Source: Piromyces finnis finn
Taxonomy: Eukaryota; Fungi; Neocallimastigomycota
Assembly (NCBI GenBank): GCA_002104945.1
Contig: MCFH01000002.1
Location: 1,674,001 to 1,738,000, forward strand
Direction of reading: 5' to 3'
Length of the DNA: 64,000 nucleotides
This document shows, piece by piece, positions 47,160-59,549 of this stretch (the first letter of the stretch is position 1; each line of letters opens with the position of its first letter). A program made the translations under genes and the position numbers. The notes beneath the pieces are model-generated. The model saw only the letters and a program-made list of their open reading frames with translations, had not been told where the DNA came from and did not search any database.

Positions 47160-50100
47160 TACAAGTAAATACACTTTATATTTCTGCTTTATTAGACATT
47201 TTACCCTACTTCGTTTCATGTCTTCTATTTTTTATTTCGAATATATTATTTTTTTTTAAAAAAGTTCATAATGAATTAATGAATTTCATATAATAATGAA
47301 TAATGTGAAAAAGAATCCTTACACACTTTTCCTAAATTGATAGGTTTAAACCTACAAAATGGACCTACAAAAAAATATAAAGCATTCATTAAAGTTTTTT
47401 TTTTTTGGAATGCGCCTATAAAATAAGGTTATTTTATTTTTTCTTTTCATTCCTACTCCATTTTTTTTACAATACAATTCTAATTTATTTTGATTTAATT
47501 GATCTGATTTAAAAAGGATTAATTAATATATTATTAATATATTAGTCATAATAACGAAAATTTTTATTTCTTTCCTCATTCATTTAAAAAAAAAAAGAAT
47601 TTTTAATATATATTGTAATATATTAATTATATTAATAATTACTATAGAATTATTTAAAAATATATTATTAGTAAATAAATTTTTTTTTTTGAAATGAAAT
47701 ATAATGAAATATAGCTTTCCTTTTAAAAGAAATAATAAGCATGTTATTCTTTATTATTATCACGATTAGTTGTGTCTAACGATTAAGCTTTGCTTGCTTC
47801 TAAAAGATTTTTATTATTAATCAATATTTTAGTATTCTATTTTTTATTTTAGTAAATAGCTTTTTTATCTATTACAAGGAAAATTATTATTTTTATTATT
47901 AACAAATTTTTAAACTTTCAACTTTTTTAAATAAATAAATGCTTTCATTACAAAAAATAGTATTTCCTAAAAAAAATATTTGTGCATTTCAAAGATCTTA
48001 ACACTATTAAAATAGATTTATATATAGTTGGTTATACTTGCATAATAATACAAGCTATTATAAAAGTTAGTACAAGATCTTTTACAAAATTTATTAATGT
48101 TAAGAATTAATAAAGGTTAGGAAAATTGAAATCAAGGTTAGGTTATACAATTTTAAAATATTAAAAAATTTTAATAATATATTTGAAAATAAAAAAAGGT
48201 AATTATACATTGATACACATTGATACAAGTATTTTATATTCTTTCATGTTTACAAACTCTAGATTTAAAATATATGTTTTATTGATCATTTATATAGTAT
48301 AGATAAAATAATATAATAAAATAATGTTATTTAATTTTGTAATATATATTTAGTAATTTTTTATTTTATCCAATATTAAATGATGTTTTTTTAACAAATA
48401 ATTTACTATAAAACACTTTTTTTTTCTTGAATACAAAGGTTAGACTTTATGAATATTTTTGGATTATTTATAAAGTTTATATTTATAGTAATAACTAATG
48501 ATTAAATGAAAGCAATGTAGTTTTAATTATCAATTTAATCGATACTTCAATGATATTAACTTTTTTTTTTTTAACTTATAATTGTAGTTAACATAACTAT
48601 TGTAGATTTAAAACATTTAAATTAATTAAAATACTTTCTAATAAAACTTTATTATTAGTCATGAAAAGATGAAAACATTATTAAATACAAGATGTAATGA
48701 ACCAACATACCTTTTTTTTTTTTTCCTATTTAAATTAAACATTTTATGTAATACAATTTGATACTACATAAACTTTGCTGTGTAACATTTAGGTTTTTTT
48801 TTTATATATAAATAAAAATATAAAAGAAAATAGATATTAAGTTTGAAGATGCAACGTTTTTTTTTTAATAAACGAAAAGGCAAAAAAATAAATCCTCTAA
48901 AGAACACATAAATTATAATTAAGAAACATATATCGTATGTTAAGGTATGGAAAAAAAAAATACAATTCTAGCTTAAAAATGAAACATAAATTTAATTAAA
49001 AAAAAAAAAAGTAGTTATTATTTTTTATTTCAAATTAAAAATTTGCAAACCATTCTATTATTAATTAATAAATAAAACAAATCTTTTTATAACAGAGAGA
49101 AATTAACAATAATTTATTGTAATTTTTAATCATAGAAGATTTGTGATTTTTACATTACCAAAAGATAGTTATTATATTATATATTACATATATTACATAA
49201 TTATTGCTATTTTTTTTTTTTATTTTATTTTACAAAATCACTTTGTTTTATCCAAACTGTTTTTAAACTTGCCTTTTTTTTATATTTTTTCTACTATTTT
49301 TCCAGAATAGTTTTAAAATTTTAATCATTAATAAAAATTAATGTTTAAGTAAAAGGTTAAATAATTTAATGTATACATTTATTTTTATCCAATAAAATTT
49401 AAAACAGTACATCGGATGAATCGAAAATGTAATATAAAAAAGTAAAATGAATTAAAATTTTAAATTTTTTTTTAAAATAATATTTATATTTTTTAGGTAT
49501 AAATGGATAAAAATAAAAATAAGTACATAAAATATAAATATAAATAAAATGTTAAATATAAACATAACTAATTATAAATCTATTAATAAATGAATTAATA
49601 AAATAGAATGATAATAAATTTATAGTATTTATTTATTTATTTATGAATAAAATAAATAGCCTATTTCTAATTATAACCTTTATAGTTTCTTTTATTTATA
49701 TATTAGTTGGGCATTTACCATATTCTATTATTTATTTAGTAATATATATTATATTTATTTAATTAATCTTTTAAATTCAAGGCTTTCAAATAGCAAATAA
49801 TACTAATTTATTTATCTATCTATTTATTAATTTATCTATTTATAAACGAATAGAGTCATTTATTTATATATTATTACAATTTATTTATTCATTTATTTAT
49901 TTTATTTGTGCATTGGAATTATTAACTTATTTATTTATATATTTATTATTCAATTTATTTAGTTATATATTACATTTATTTAATTAATTTGATGATCATT
50001 TATTTAATTAAGGGGTCATTCATTTATTTGCTTGTTATTATATATTGGCTAATTTATATACATTTTATTCTATCATAATATATTTATTTATTATATTAAT

Positions 50101-50906
50101 TAATTTAATTTAATTTTTTTATTTATTAATTAATTATCTATCTATTTATTTATTTATTTATATTTATAAAAAAATTTATAATTACTAAATTCATTATTAA
50201 TATTAGAAAAAAAAATGTTTAAAAATTAATAATACTTGTAATAATAACAATAATAAAATCCCTTTATGTATACTTTTAACAAACTATAAACAAACAGCAA
50301 CAACAACAAGAACAATAACAAAAAAAGTTGATATTCATATTGAAGAATTTTAACTTTTTTTTTTTTATTATTGTTATTTAAAAAAAATAATTTATGAAAG
50401 TTACAATTTTATACTAGCTTTTCAATTAATAGTTTTATTTAAAATAAAGCTTTTCAATTTCAATTTGTATATTCCCTTTTTTTTTTTTTTTTTATAGATA
50501 AATATAAAACATTGAAAACAATAATAAAAGCATTTTAATATTATTGAACATATAGAATAATTGTATTATAAACATTTAAAATTGATATTTATTAAAAATT
50601 ATTATATATTTAATTACATATATTATTAACACATCGTTATATATCAATACCATTTTATAGGTATGTAATTATATATATATATATATTTATTTGTTTAATA
50701 ATAAAATTAAATATTAATTATAAATTTATATCTTTTATATTTATTTACAATTATTTTTTCACTATATATTAAACTATATTTAAAATTAATATCAAAAAAA
50801 GTATATTCATTATATATCCAATTTATTGTTATAAACACAATCAATTTATTATTGCTATTATTATTATTATTATTTTTTTTTTTTCAATTTAATAATATAT
50901 ATAAAT

Positions 50907-52313
50907 ATGAGTGGAGGAATGAACATTAATAATCCAGAACAATTTTCTGTAGGTGTTTACGTTTGTAAGAGCGAGAATGAATTTGGTACGGATATACCTG
51001 GTCAAATTCAAATAGTTGAAAATTTTTGTGGAGTAAAAAGCTTACATATTGTTGACTATTATATTGATAGTAATAATGATGATAAAATAGAATTGTTAGA
51101 AAGAGCAGCAATAAAAAGATTAATAAATGATATCAGCGAAGATAAAATAAACATGATAATTGTTAAAGATCTCGATGCCCTCAGTACTGATTATAAAAAA
51201 GTAAAGAAAATAATTCCAATATTATTATCAAAACCAAATAGTAGATTTATTTCTATTGAAAATGAAATCATGATAGGTTCAAATTCTTTAAAGGAAATTA
51301 ACGATAAGATAAAAGCAAAAGTAAGAAGACGCAAGTATAGAATGGGTGGTCGTTTGAAACCAAATGTTATTTTAAAGAAAGTTTATAGTGCACCACATAC
51401 TGATAATGTTATATGTAGACCACCATTTGGATATTTACTGAAACCAGATAGTAAAAACGAATTTATTATTGATAGACCAGCTGCTGATATTGTAGTTGAA
51501 ATTTTTGCAAAGATTATTGAAGGTTATTCCTATCAAAAAATAGCAAATAGTTTTAATGAAAGAGGCATTCTGACAGTTTCACAATATGCTGAAAAAATGG
51601 GAAGAAATCCAAGAAAAATTAGTACTCAATGGAATACTTCTACAATATATCAAATTGCTACTAATGAAATATATTTAGGACATTTAGTTAAATCAAACTT
51701 TGGAAGACCAACTTACAAATCAAAAAATCAGAAAAAAACAGAAAAAGTAATTTACTATAATGCTCATGAACCTATTATTGATGAACAAACATTTAAAATG
51801 GCACAAAATATTACTCACGGAAGAACCAAAAGTACCACCCAAAAAGTTTTAAATACTAGAAGAGCTCCATTTGGATATGATACAGATGTCAGTAATAATA
51901 ATAAATTTGTTATTGATCCAGAAGCAGCTGCTGTAGTCAGAACTATATTTAATCGTATTATTCAAGGATTTTTCTATTATCAAATTGCTGATGAATTTAA
52001 TTCCAACGGTGTATTAACAATATCTCAATATGAAGATAAAAAAGGAAAGAAACAAAGAAAAATAAGTACAAAATGGAATACATCAACAATTTATAAATTA
52101 GTTAGAAATGAAGTCTACTTAGGACACCTTGTTAAGATAAAAAAAATTATTGATGATGTTGACGGATCTATAAAAAAGGAAAAAATAGTTATTCGTAATA
52201 CGCATGAACCTATCATATCAGAAGATGTTTTTAAACTTGTTCAAAAAATTATTCGCAATAAACATTCTACCAATGTATCAGAGGGTAGTGAAACGGAAAA
52301 ATCAGAAATGTAA
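50907..52313 (+). CDS. Large-serine-recombinase-derived protein (TnpX/TndX-like): degenerate catalytic domain plus two tandem recombinase DNA-binding domains
   Basis: The N-terminal resolvase-like domain reads GVYVCKS...GQIQIVENFC...IVDYYID...ERAAIKRLINDISEDKINMIIVKDLDALSTDY...SRFISIEN. Two repeats of the recombinase domain follow (PFGY...FIID..AA.VV.IF..II.G..Y.QIA..FN..G.LT.SQY...WNTSTIY....NE.YLGHLVK...N.HEPII.E..F...Q), at residues ~172-302 and ~320-449. Single intact 468-codon ORF. Confidence 0.9.
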   Translation: MSGGMNINNPEQFSVGVYVCKSENEFGTDIPGQIQIVENFCGVKSLHIVDYYIDSNNDDKIELLERAAIKRLINDISEDKINMIIVKDLDALSTDYKKVKKIIPILLSKPNSRFISIENEIMIGSNSLKEINDKIKAKVRRRKYRMGGRLKPNVILKKVYSAPHTDNVICRPPFGYLLKPDSKNEFIIDRPAADIVVEIFAKIIEGYSYQKIANSFNERGILTVSQYAEKMGRNPRKISTQWNTSTIYQIATNEIYLGHLVKSNFGRPTYKSKNQKKTEKVIYYNAHEPIIDEQTFKMAQNITHGRTKSTTQKVLNTRRAPFGYDTDVSNNNKFVIDPEAAAVVRTIFNRIIQGFFYYQIADEFNSNGVLTISQYEDKKGKKQRKISTKWNTSTIYKLVRNEVYLGHLVKIKKIIDDVDGSIKKEKIVIRNTHEPIISEDVFKLVQKIIRNKHSTNVSEGSETEKSEM

Positions 52314-52888
52314 TTTAATTTTTTTTTTTTTTTTTTAATTTATTATTATTATTATTTTTTTTTAAATTCAAATTTAAAGAAAGAGAAAATGAATGATATT
52401 AATCCTTTAAAATTACCTAATTTACCTATTATGAATCATATTTATTTCTATATTTTTAAAAATACTTTTTTTTTTTTTTTTTTTTCATATATTATATATA
52501 AAATTTTTATATATCAAGTCATTAAAAAGAAACTATAAAATAAAAAATTAAAAAAAAAAAAAAAAAAAAAAAAAGCATCATCATCAACATAATAATAATA
52601 ATAATACCATTTTTATCTTTTTTTTTTTTTTTTTTTTTTTTTTATTTTAATATTTTTATTATTATAATTAGTAAAACTATTTATTTTTCTTAAAAAACAT
52701 AAAGATTTTAAAAAGATAAATATAGCGTTTAACTTGTAATAATAAATAGTAACAATATATATATCATATTTCAATTTTGTAATATTAATAGTATTATCTA
52801 TTATTATTAAAACATACTATTATTGAAAAGTAGTTTAAAATACATAATAAATAAATAAAAATACTAATTAAAATCTTTTATATAGTAT

Positions 52889-52923
<35 letters not shown>

Positions 52924-53080
52924 ACCTTTTTCTATCATATTACTTGTTATTATTGACCATAATTAATAATCATAAAGTGTTTTTTTTTGTGTAATAATAA
53001 ATATAACAATAAACACAATAAGCATAATAACAAACATAAAACATAATAAACATAATAAACATAAACATAATAAATATAAA

Positions 53081-53085
<5 letters not shown>

Positions 53086-53150
<65 letters not shown>
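53086..53150. repeat. (AAT)n microsatellite
   Basis: About 20 perfect AAT units. Confidence 0.9.
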
Positions 53151-53154
<4 letters not shown>

Positions 53155-53920
53155 TTAATATTAATATTAAATATATTGCATAATTCCAAGTATTAAAATT
53201 ATGTGACGTATTAATGAAGTTTTAAAAAAAATTAACACATTAATATTCTATTGTATATAATGCAATTTCAATAATATTATTAATATTTTAAAATAAACCC
53301 AACTAAATAAATAGATTATTGATATCATGGATTATTATATTCTATTATCATTTTCACTAAAAGATTAAGGAACAAATTATAACAATTGAAATTTTTATTT
53401 TTTTTTTTTTTAAAATAAATACTATTTTAAAAGCAAATTGATTTTTTTTTTCAAGATTAAAGTTAAAGGATGATACTTAACTTACATAATGATATTAAAA
53501 GTAATAATAATTTCTTTTAAGAATATCCTTTTTTTTTTTTTTTTTTTTTTTTTTCTGGTAAATTTCAAAAATATATTTTAGTTTAAAAAAAAAAAACAAT
53601 ATATTTATCACTTATATATAAAATTTTTTATTTTTATTTTTTTTATAGGATAATTTAACATAAATTTATAGAAAGTATTTTGTAATTTAACAATTTTTCA
53701 ATTTTTTTAAATTATTTTTTTTTTTTTACCTGAATAAAAATTGTTATAAACTTTAATTAATTATTATAAATAAAAACTATAAAATTATAATGATTAAATA
53801 CTTTTCTATTATTGAACAAACATTTAAATAATTATTATCATCTATCTATCTATATATATATATAAATATACTTTTCCAAATAATCTTATTTTTAATTAAA
53901 AGTAATAAATATGAACATTA

Positions 53921-55306
53921 TTACTTCAATAAAGTGAATGTAATGGATAAACTTAAAATGATAAATATTATTAAATTTAGTGGTTTTGAAATTGGATATG
54001 AACCGTCGTCAATTTCATAATTTGGTAATACTTTTTCATTTGTAATAATATTTGTGTCATTACCTTTGATAATGTTATTGCTATTGCTGCTTATTTCATC
54101 CTTATTATTATTATTATTATCAACTTTATTCACGTTTTCATTGTCTTTACTGTTAACATCATCCTTATTATTATTATCAACTTTATTCACGCTTTCATTG
54201 TCTTTACCGTTAACATCATCCTTATTATTAACACTGATATCATTTTTTGAATTGGTATTATTATTAGTACTGGTATCAGTATTTGAATTGGTATTGTTAT
54301 TAGCACTAGTAGTTTCATTCTTAATAGTGCTACTATTACTAATATTAATAACATTTTTAATATTTTCATTTTTTTCTATTTTATCATTATCTTTGTCATT
54401 GTTATTTGTATCCTTATTTGGTTTTGAGGAGGAAGAAGTACTATTAGTTTCTTCTGTTTTTTCATTTTTATTATAAGATTGTCCAGAAACATACATATGA
54501 TCTTTTTCTCCAAGACATTCAGCAACTGTAACAAAACGATATCCTTTTTCTTTCATACCACTCTTTTCAATAATCCATGGTGCAATTTCATGAACTGTAT
54601 AGTCTTGTGAATCATGCATAAGAATAAGATAACTATCTTTTTCTTTGGCAAATTCTTCTTTTAAAAATTTTATTGAATCTTCTACTCTTTTTTCTGCAGA
54701 ACCAGAACTTTCAAGATCCCAATCATTCGTATCAGTGTCCCATTGAATAAGACGATAGTTCCATTTATCAAGATTATTTTGACAATTTTCATCGCATTCT
54801 CCTTTTGGTGCACGGAAGTAGTATGGACGGTCACCCGTAACTTTTTCAATAAAATCATCCATATCCGTAAGGGATTTTTTAAATTCATTTGTATTACTTG
54901 ATATATTATGACCCCATGTATGGGAAGCAATTTGTAAACCATTATCATGTGCTTTTTTCATTGCATTTTGGAATTCTTCTGTTTCATAAGCAAAAGGATA
55001 GTGAAATTCAGCAACATGAAAGAAAGTTACTTTTGCATCTGTTTGGTCTACAATATAATCAACCAATTCTTTAGTATATTTATATGGACCATCATCAAAC
55101 TAAAATTTTATATAAAATTATTATTATATTATTAGAGGGATTACTTATTTATTTATTTATTATTATATATATATATTTTAAATTATATGGTGTAAATAGC
55201 TTACTGTTAATGCTATTGTTTTTTTTTCTTTACAAGAATAAATAATTTCAGCTTTAACTATATTTGAAATAGTTGCAATTAATGGAATGAAATTTATGAA
55301 CTTCAT
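53921..55306 (-). CDS. Secreted, probably GPI-anchored CE4/NodB polysaccharide (chitin) deacetylase, 2 exons, 426 aa
   Basis: Exon 1 55306-55205 encodes the signal peptide and ends ...KTIALT; exon 2 55099-53921 begins FDDGPY. All five CE4 motifs are present: TFDDGP, SHTWGH, RAPKG, DTNDW and LMHD. An N/S/T/D-rich stalk and a hydrophobic C-terminal tail (LIIFIILSLSITFTLLK) follow. Confidence 0.92.
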
Positions 55307-56439
55307 TATATTATTATTATTATTATTATGATTATATATTTTTTTTTTTCCTTGATAAAATACGATTATTTTAATGATAAGAAAAATATATATATATATA
55401 AATCATATTGTAACTGTTAGTTAGCTATCATTATATTTTTCATTTTTTTTAGATACTATAATTGGATATACCTATAGTTTTTATCTTTTAATTAATTGTA
55501 ATATATGCAAATAATATAATAATTTTAAATATAATTACTGCTAATGATATTAAGTATTAATAGTAAAAAGTAACTTATGATATAAAAAATAGCAAATTAA
55601 TTTATTAAAATTAAAATTTGTAGGTAAAGTATTTTCTCCCATTCCATTATTTATTTATTATTACCAAAATTTTATTTTTTGGTAATTAATTAATAATATA
55701 ATTATTAAAATTAATTTTTTTAATTAAAATAATTCTTTATTTTGATAATTATCTCCCATGATCAGATGTTATTACCAAAATTTTATTATTTTGGAAAAAA
55801 TCAAACTATATTAATAATAAAGTTTTTCTTCTTTTTCTTCTTCTACTGATAAAAAACTTTTGAAAAATAGTCAGTCAGTGTATCTAAATCAAAATATTAA
55901 ATATTTATAATTTTATTATATGATATTTATTGTTTCTATATATCTATATATTTAATTTATAAAAATTAACCTATATTTTCATCTTTAAAATAGAAAGAAA
56001 TGAAAATAAAAAAGTTTATCAATTTTTTGTTTTTTTTTTAGATACACCTTTTTATTTACTATATATTTATATAACTATGCATACTACTATAGTAATAAAA
56101 TTAAAAGCTAAAAATCAAAATATAAACAAGTTGTAATTTATTTTTTATTACTTGCATTATTGTATATCATTCTTTATATATATATATTTAAATTAATAAA
56201 ATTAAGATTAATAATAAAGAATAGTCATACATGGTAATTTATAAATAGTATAAAAAGTTTGTTTAATTATTTATATTAAATAACAAATAATATAGGATAT
56301 TTAAATTTTGTTGTTTTTTATAGAATTGAAAATATGAGTGTTATCAATATAATTAATATATATTTAACTCTATCATAATATACTACTACTACTACTACTA
56401 ATACCAATATTAATAATACTAATACTATTACTAATACTA

Positions 56440-56685
56440 CTATAATATTACTACTATAATACTATTATTACTACTATAATACTATTACTATTACTATTAC
56501 TATTACTATTACTATTACTATTACTATTACTATTACTATTACTATTACTATTACTATTACTATTACTATTACTATTACTATTACTATTACTATTACTATT
56601 ACTATTACTATTACTATTACTATTACTATTACTATTACTATTACTATTACTATTACTATTACTATTACTATTACTATTACTACTA
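56440..56685. repeat. (ATTACT)n hexanucleotide microsatellite
   Basis: About 240 bp of tattac/attact repeats, perfect from ~56480. Confidence 0.92.
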
Positions 56686-58428
56686 ATAATAGTATTTTTA
56701 TTAAAAAACTATTATTTTTTTATTTTTTTTTATAGTAATGATATTTACTTTGACTTTTATTTTAAAACCTCATAGAACAGAATTATCAAATATAATGAAT
56801 AAAATTTATAAATTATAATATATTATTATTATTATTATTATTAAATATATATATATATATAATTAATTATTTTTAAATATTAAAGTTACACAAATCCGTA
56901 ATTAATAATAATCCGATTGTAAAAGCAAATATTTAATATATATAGTTCTTTACTATAGAAATATTATTTAATATTTTATATAAAAATAAAAGACAAAATA
57001 AAATAAAAATTATAGCTACTAATGAAAAGATTTTAAAGTATTAGCGTTTATATTTGAAGTTATCTGTAATTTTTTTTTTTTTTTTTTTTTTTACTTATTA
57101 ATTAGATATATCACCCCATCCATCATCCATTATCATACTACAACTAATGATTCTGATCCAAAATATTAAATGTTGAAATGTTGAAATGTTGAATTAAATT
57201 ATAGAAAAAATATTATATTTATATAAAAATTACGATAGTGAATATTATTATTATATACTTTCTATTCTTAATTAAAAAAAAAGTTTAAAATTATATATAT
57301 TATATTATATATAGTTATCAGTTAATTAATTATTCCTAACAACAACAACAAAATTAATTTAAAAATGCCTTTTTTTAATATTTCTTTTCTATAAATTCTG
57401 GCTAAATCCTTCTAAAATTTAGGATAAGTACTAAGTTTCTATAATACAAAAAGTTAAAAATTATATATTTAAATAATTGCATTTCTATAAATTTCTTTGT
57501 AAAAGATAATTTATCATAAAAATTTTTAATTAAAACTTTAATAATAAAGCCACAAAAATTAAAGTTTTTTTCTTATCCATCTCATATGACTTTTCTCTAT
57601 CAATTTTTTATTTAATATTAAATTACTATTGTCAATAATAGTTAATAATATTATAATATTTATTTTATTTAGAGATTTACAACCTATAAACATATAATAA
57701 TAATAATAATAATAATAAATATCATTTTACATTTGATTATTTATCTTTATATAAAGTAATTGGAATATCAAAGAAGAAAAAAAAATATAATTCAATCTTA
57801 TTTTTTACTTGTTTATATATTCTTTCTTTTTCTTTTATATAAATAGAAAGATAAAAAAAAAGAAAGAAAAATTAAAGTTTAAAAAATCTCTGCAATACTC
57901 ACAAAAGATAATAACATCAAATCACCTATTAATCTAAATATAAAGTAAATATATATTTAATAAAGTACTATAAAATATATGGTAGTCTGAATATAAAATT
58001 TAAATTTCAGGAAATTGTATTTAGATAAAACATATAAAAATGATAATAAATTAATAAAAAACAAACAAACAAACAAACAAAAAAAGAACAATAACAGTGT
58101 CAAAAAACAACAACAACAGTAATAATAAAAATAAAATATATAATAATTAAAAAAAAAGTACAAATAACAATAACAACAACAACAAAAAACAAAACAAAAC
58201 AATTATTTTAAAAGCATTGCATTTGAATAACAATTAATTTCATCAATATATTTAAAAATAAATTTATTAATATATTAATTAGCATTTTTATTTTTATAAT
58301 TTTAAAAAAATAACAATTATCAAAAATAGGCACAACGTATATCTATTAATATATATATAACAACGTTGTTAATTCGACAATATACACACATATATTATAT
58401 AATAAATAATAGTATAATATAATTAATT

Positions 58429-59549
58429 ATGTCCGGGCAAGAAAGAGTAAGAAGAATTTGTGTTTTAGGTTCTCCTTCTGTTGGAAAAGTATTATTATTT
58501 ATTTTATATTATTAATATTTATTATATATTTGTTAATTTTATTGTTATAAATAAGAAAATAAAAAGAATATTATTTTTTTTAAATTATTATTTACTAAAT
58601 ATATATTATTTTTATATCTTATGATAATTACATAAATATTTAATTTTGTTTATTAATGATATTAACAAAATCTCATTTCTAATTTGAATAAAATAAATTA
58701 ATAATTAAATAATAATTGAATAATCAACGAAATGCTTATTATATATTATATATAAAAACAAAATGTATTTTCATTTATTTATTTATTTTTTTCACCCATT
58801 TTATTGATATTATTGTTAATTATCATATTTTTTAATGATTAAACAATATCATATATGAATGATTGTAATAAAAAATAACGGTGATAATAACAAATACCAA
58901 TATTATTAAATAAACAAACAATAACAATACCAAAAATAACATTGGCAATTTTCTTTGAATATAATATATAATTAATTTTCAAAAAAAAAAAAAAAAAAAA
59001 AAAAAAACATATATATATAAAAATCAAATTTTACAAAAATATAACTCTTAGTCATCATTAACAGTTCAATACGTGGAAGATCAATTTATTGATTTGTATT
59101 ATCCAACCATTGAAAATACTTTTACAAAAATAATAAATTATCATAATCAAGAATATAAAGCTGAAATTATAGATACAGCAGGTCAAGATGAACATTCAAT
59201 CCTTAGTAAAAATCATTCTATAGGTATTCATGGATATATGCTTGTATATTCGATTACATCAAGAGCTTCATTAGAAATATGTCAAGTAATTCGTGATAAA
59301 ATTTTAAATCATACACAAACAGATTGGGTACCTATTGTACTTATAGGAAATAAGAGTGATCTTCATTTACAACGTGAAGTTACCTATGAAGAAACTCAAA
59401 AAATTGCTAAAGAATGGAATTGTGCTAATATAGAAGCATCAGCAAAGCATAATAATAATATTGCAAAAGCTTTTGAATTAATGTTAGGTGAAATAGAAAA
59501 GGGTGAAGAAGTTCCTGATGAGCCAAAAACTACATGTGCTATAATGTAG
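58429..59549 (+). CDS. RHEB: Rheb small GTPase, 2 exons
   Basis: Exon 1 58429-58488 (MSGQERVRRICVLGSPSVGK) is spliced to exon 2 59052-59549 (SSLTVQYVEDQFIDLYYPTIENTF...DTAGQDEHSIL...NKSD...SAK). The Rheb effector loop YYPTIENTF and the CAAX box CAIM are present. Confidence 0.93.

Noticed and set aside
47762-47782. Imperfect palindrome (CGATTAG-TTGTGT-CTAACG) considered as an att-like site for the recombinase
   Set aside because: It is short, imperfect, about 3 kb from the gene, and has no partner site, so it is compatible with chance.
54054-54476. Leu/Ser-rich plus-strand ORF, and similar ones at 14921-15586, 22926-23189 and 60729-61127
   Set aside because: These are antisense shadows of Asn/Asp/Lys-rich coding sequence on the other strand.
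58489-59051. Unusually long (563 nt) Rheb intron as a possible snoRNA host
   Set aside because: I saw no convincing C-box/D-box (RUGAUGA/CUGA) pair or H/ACA hairpins. The 58839..59027 ORF is low-complexity noise.
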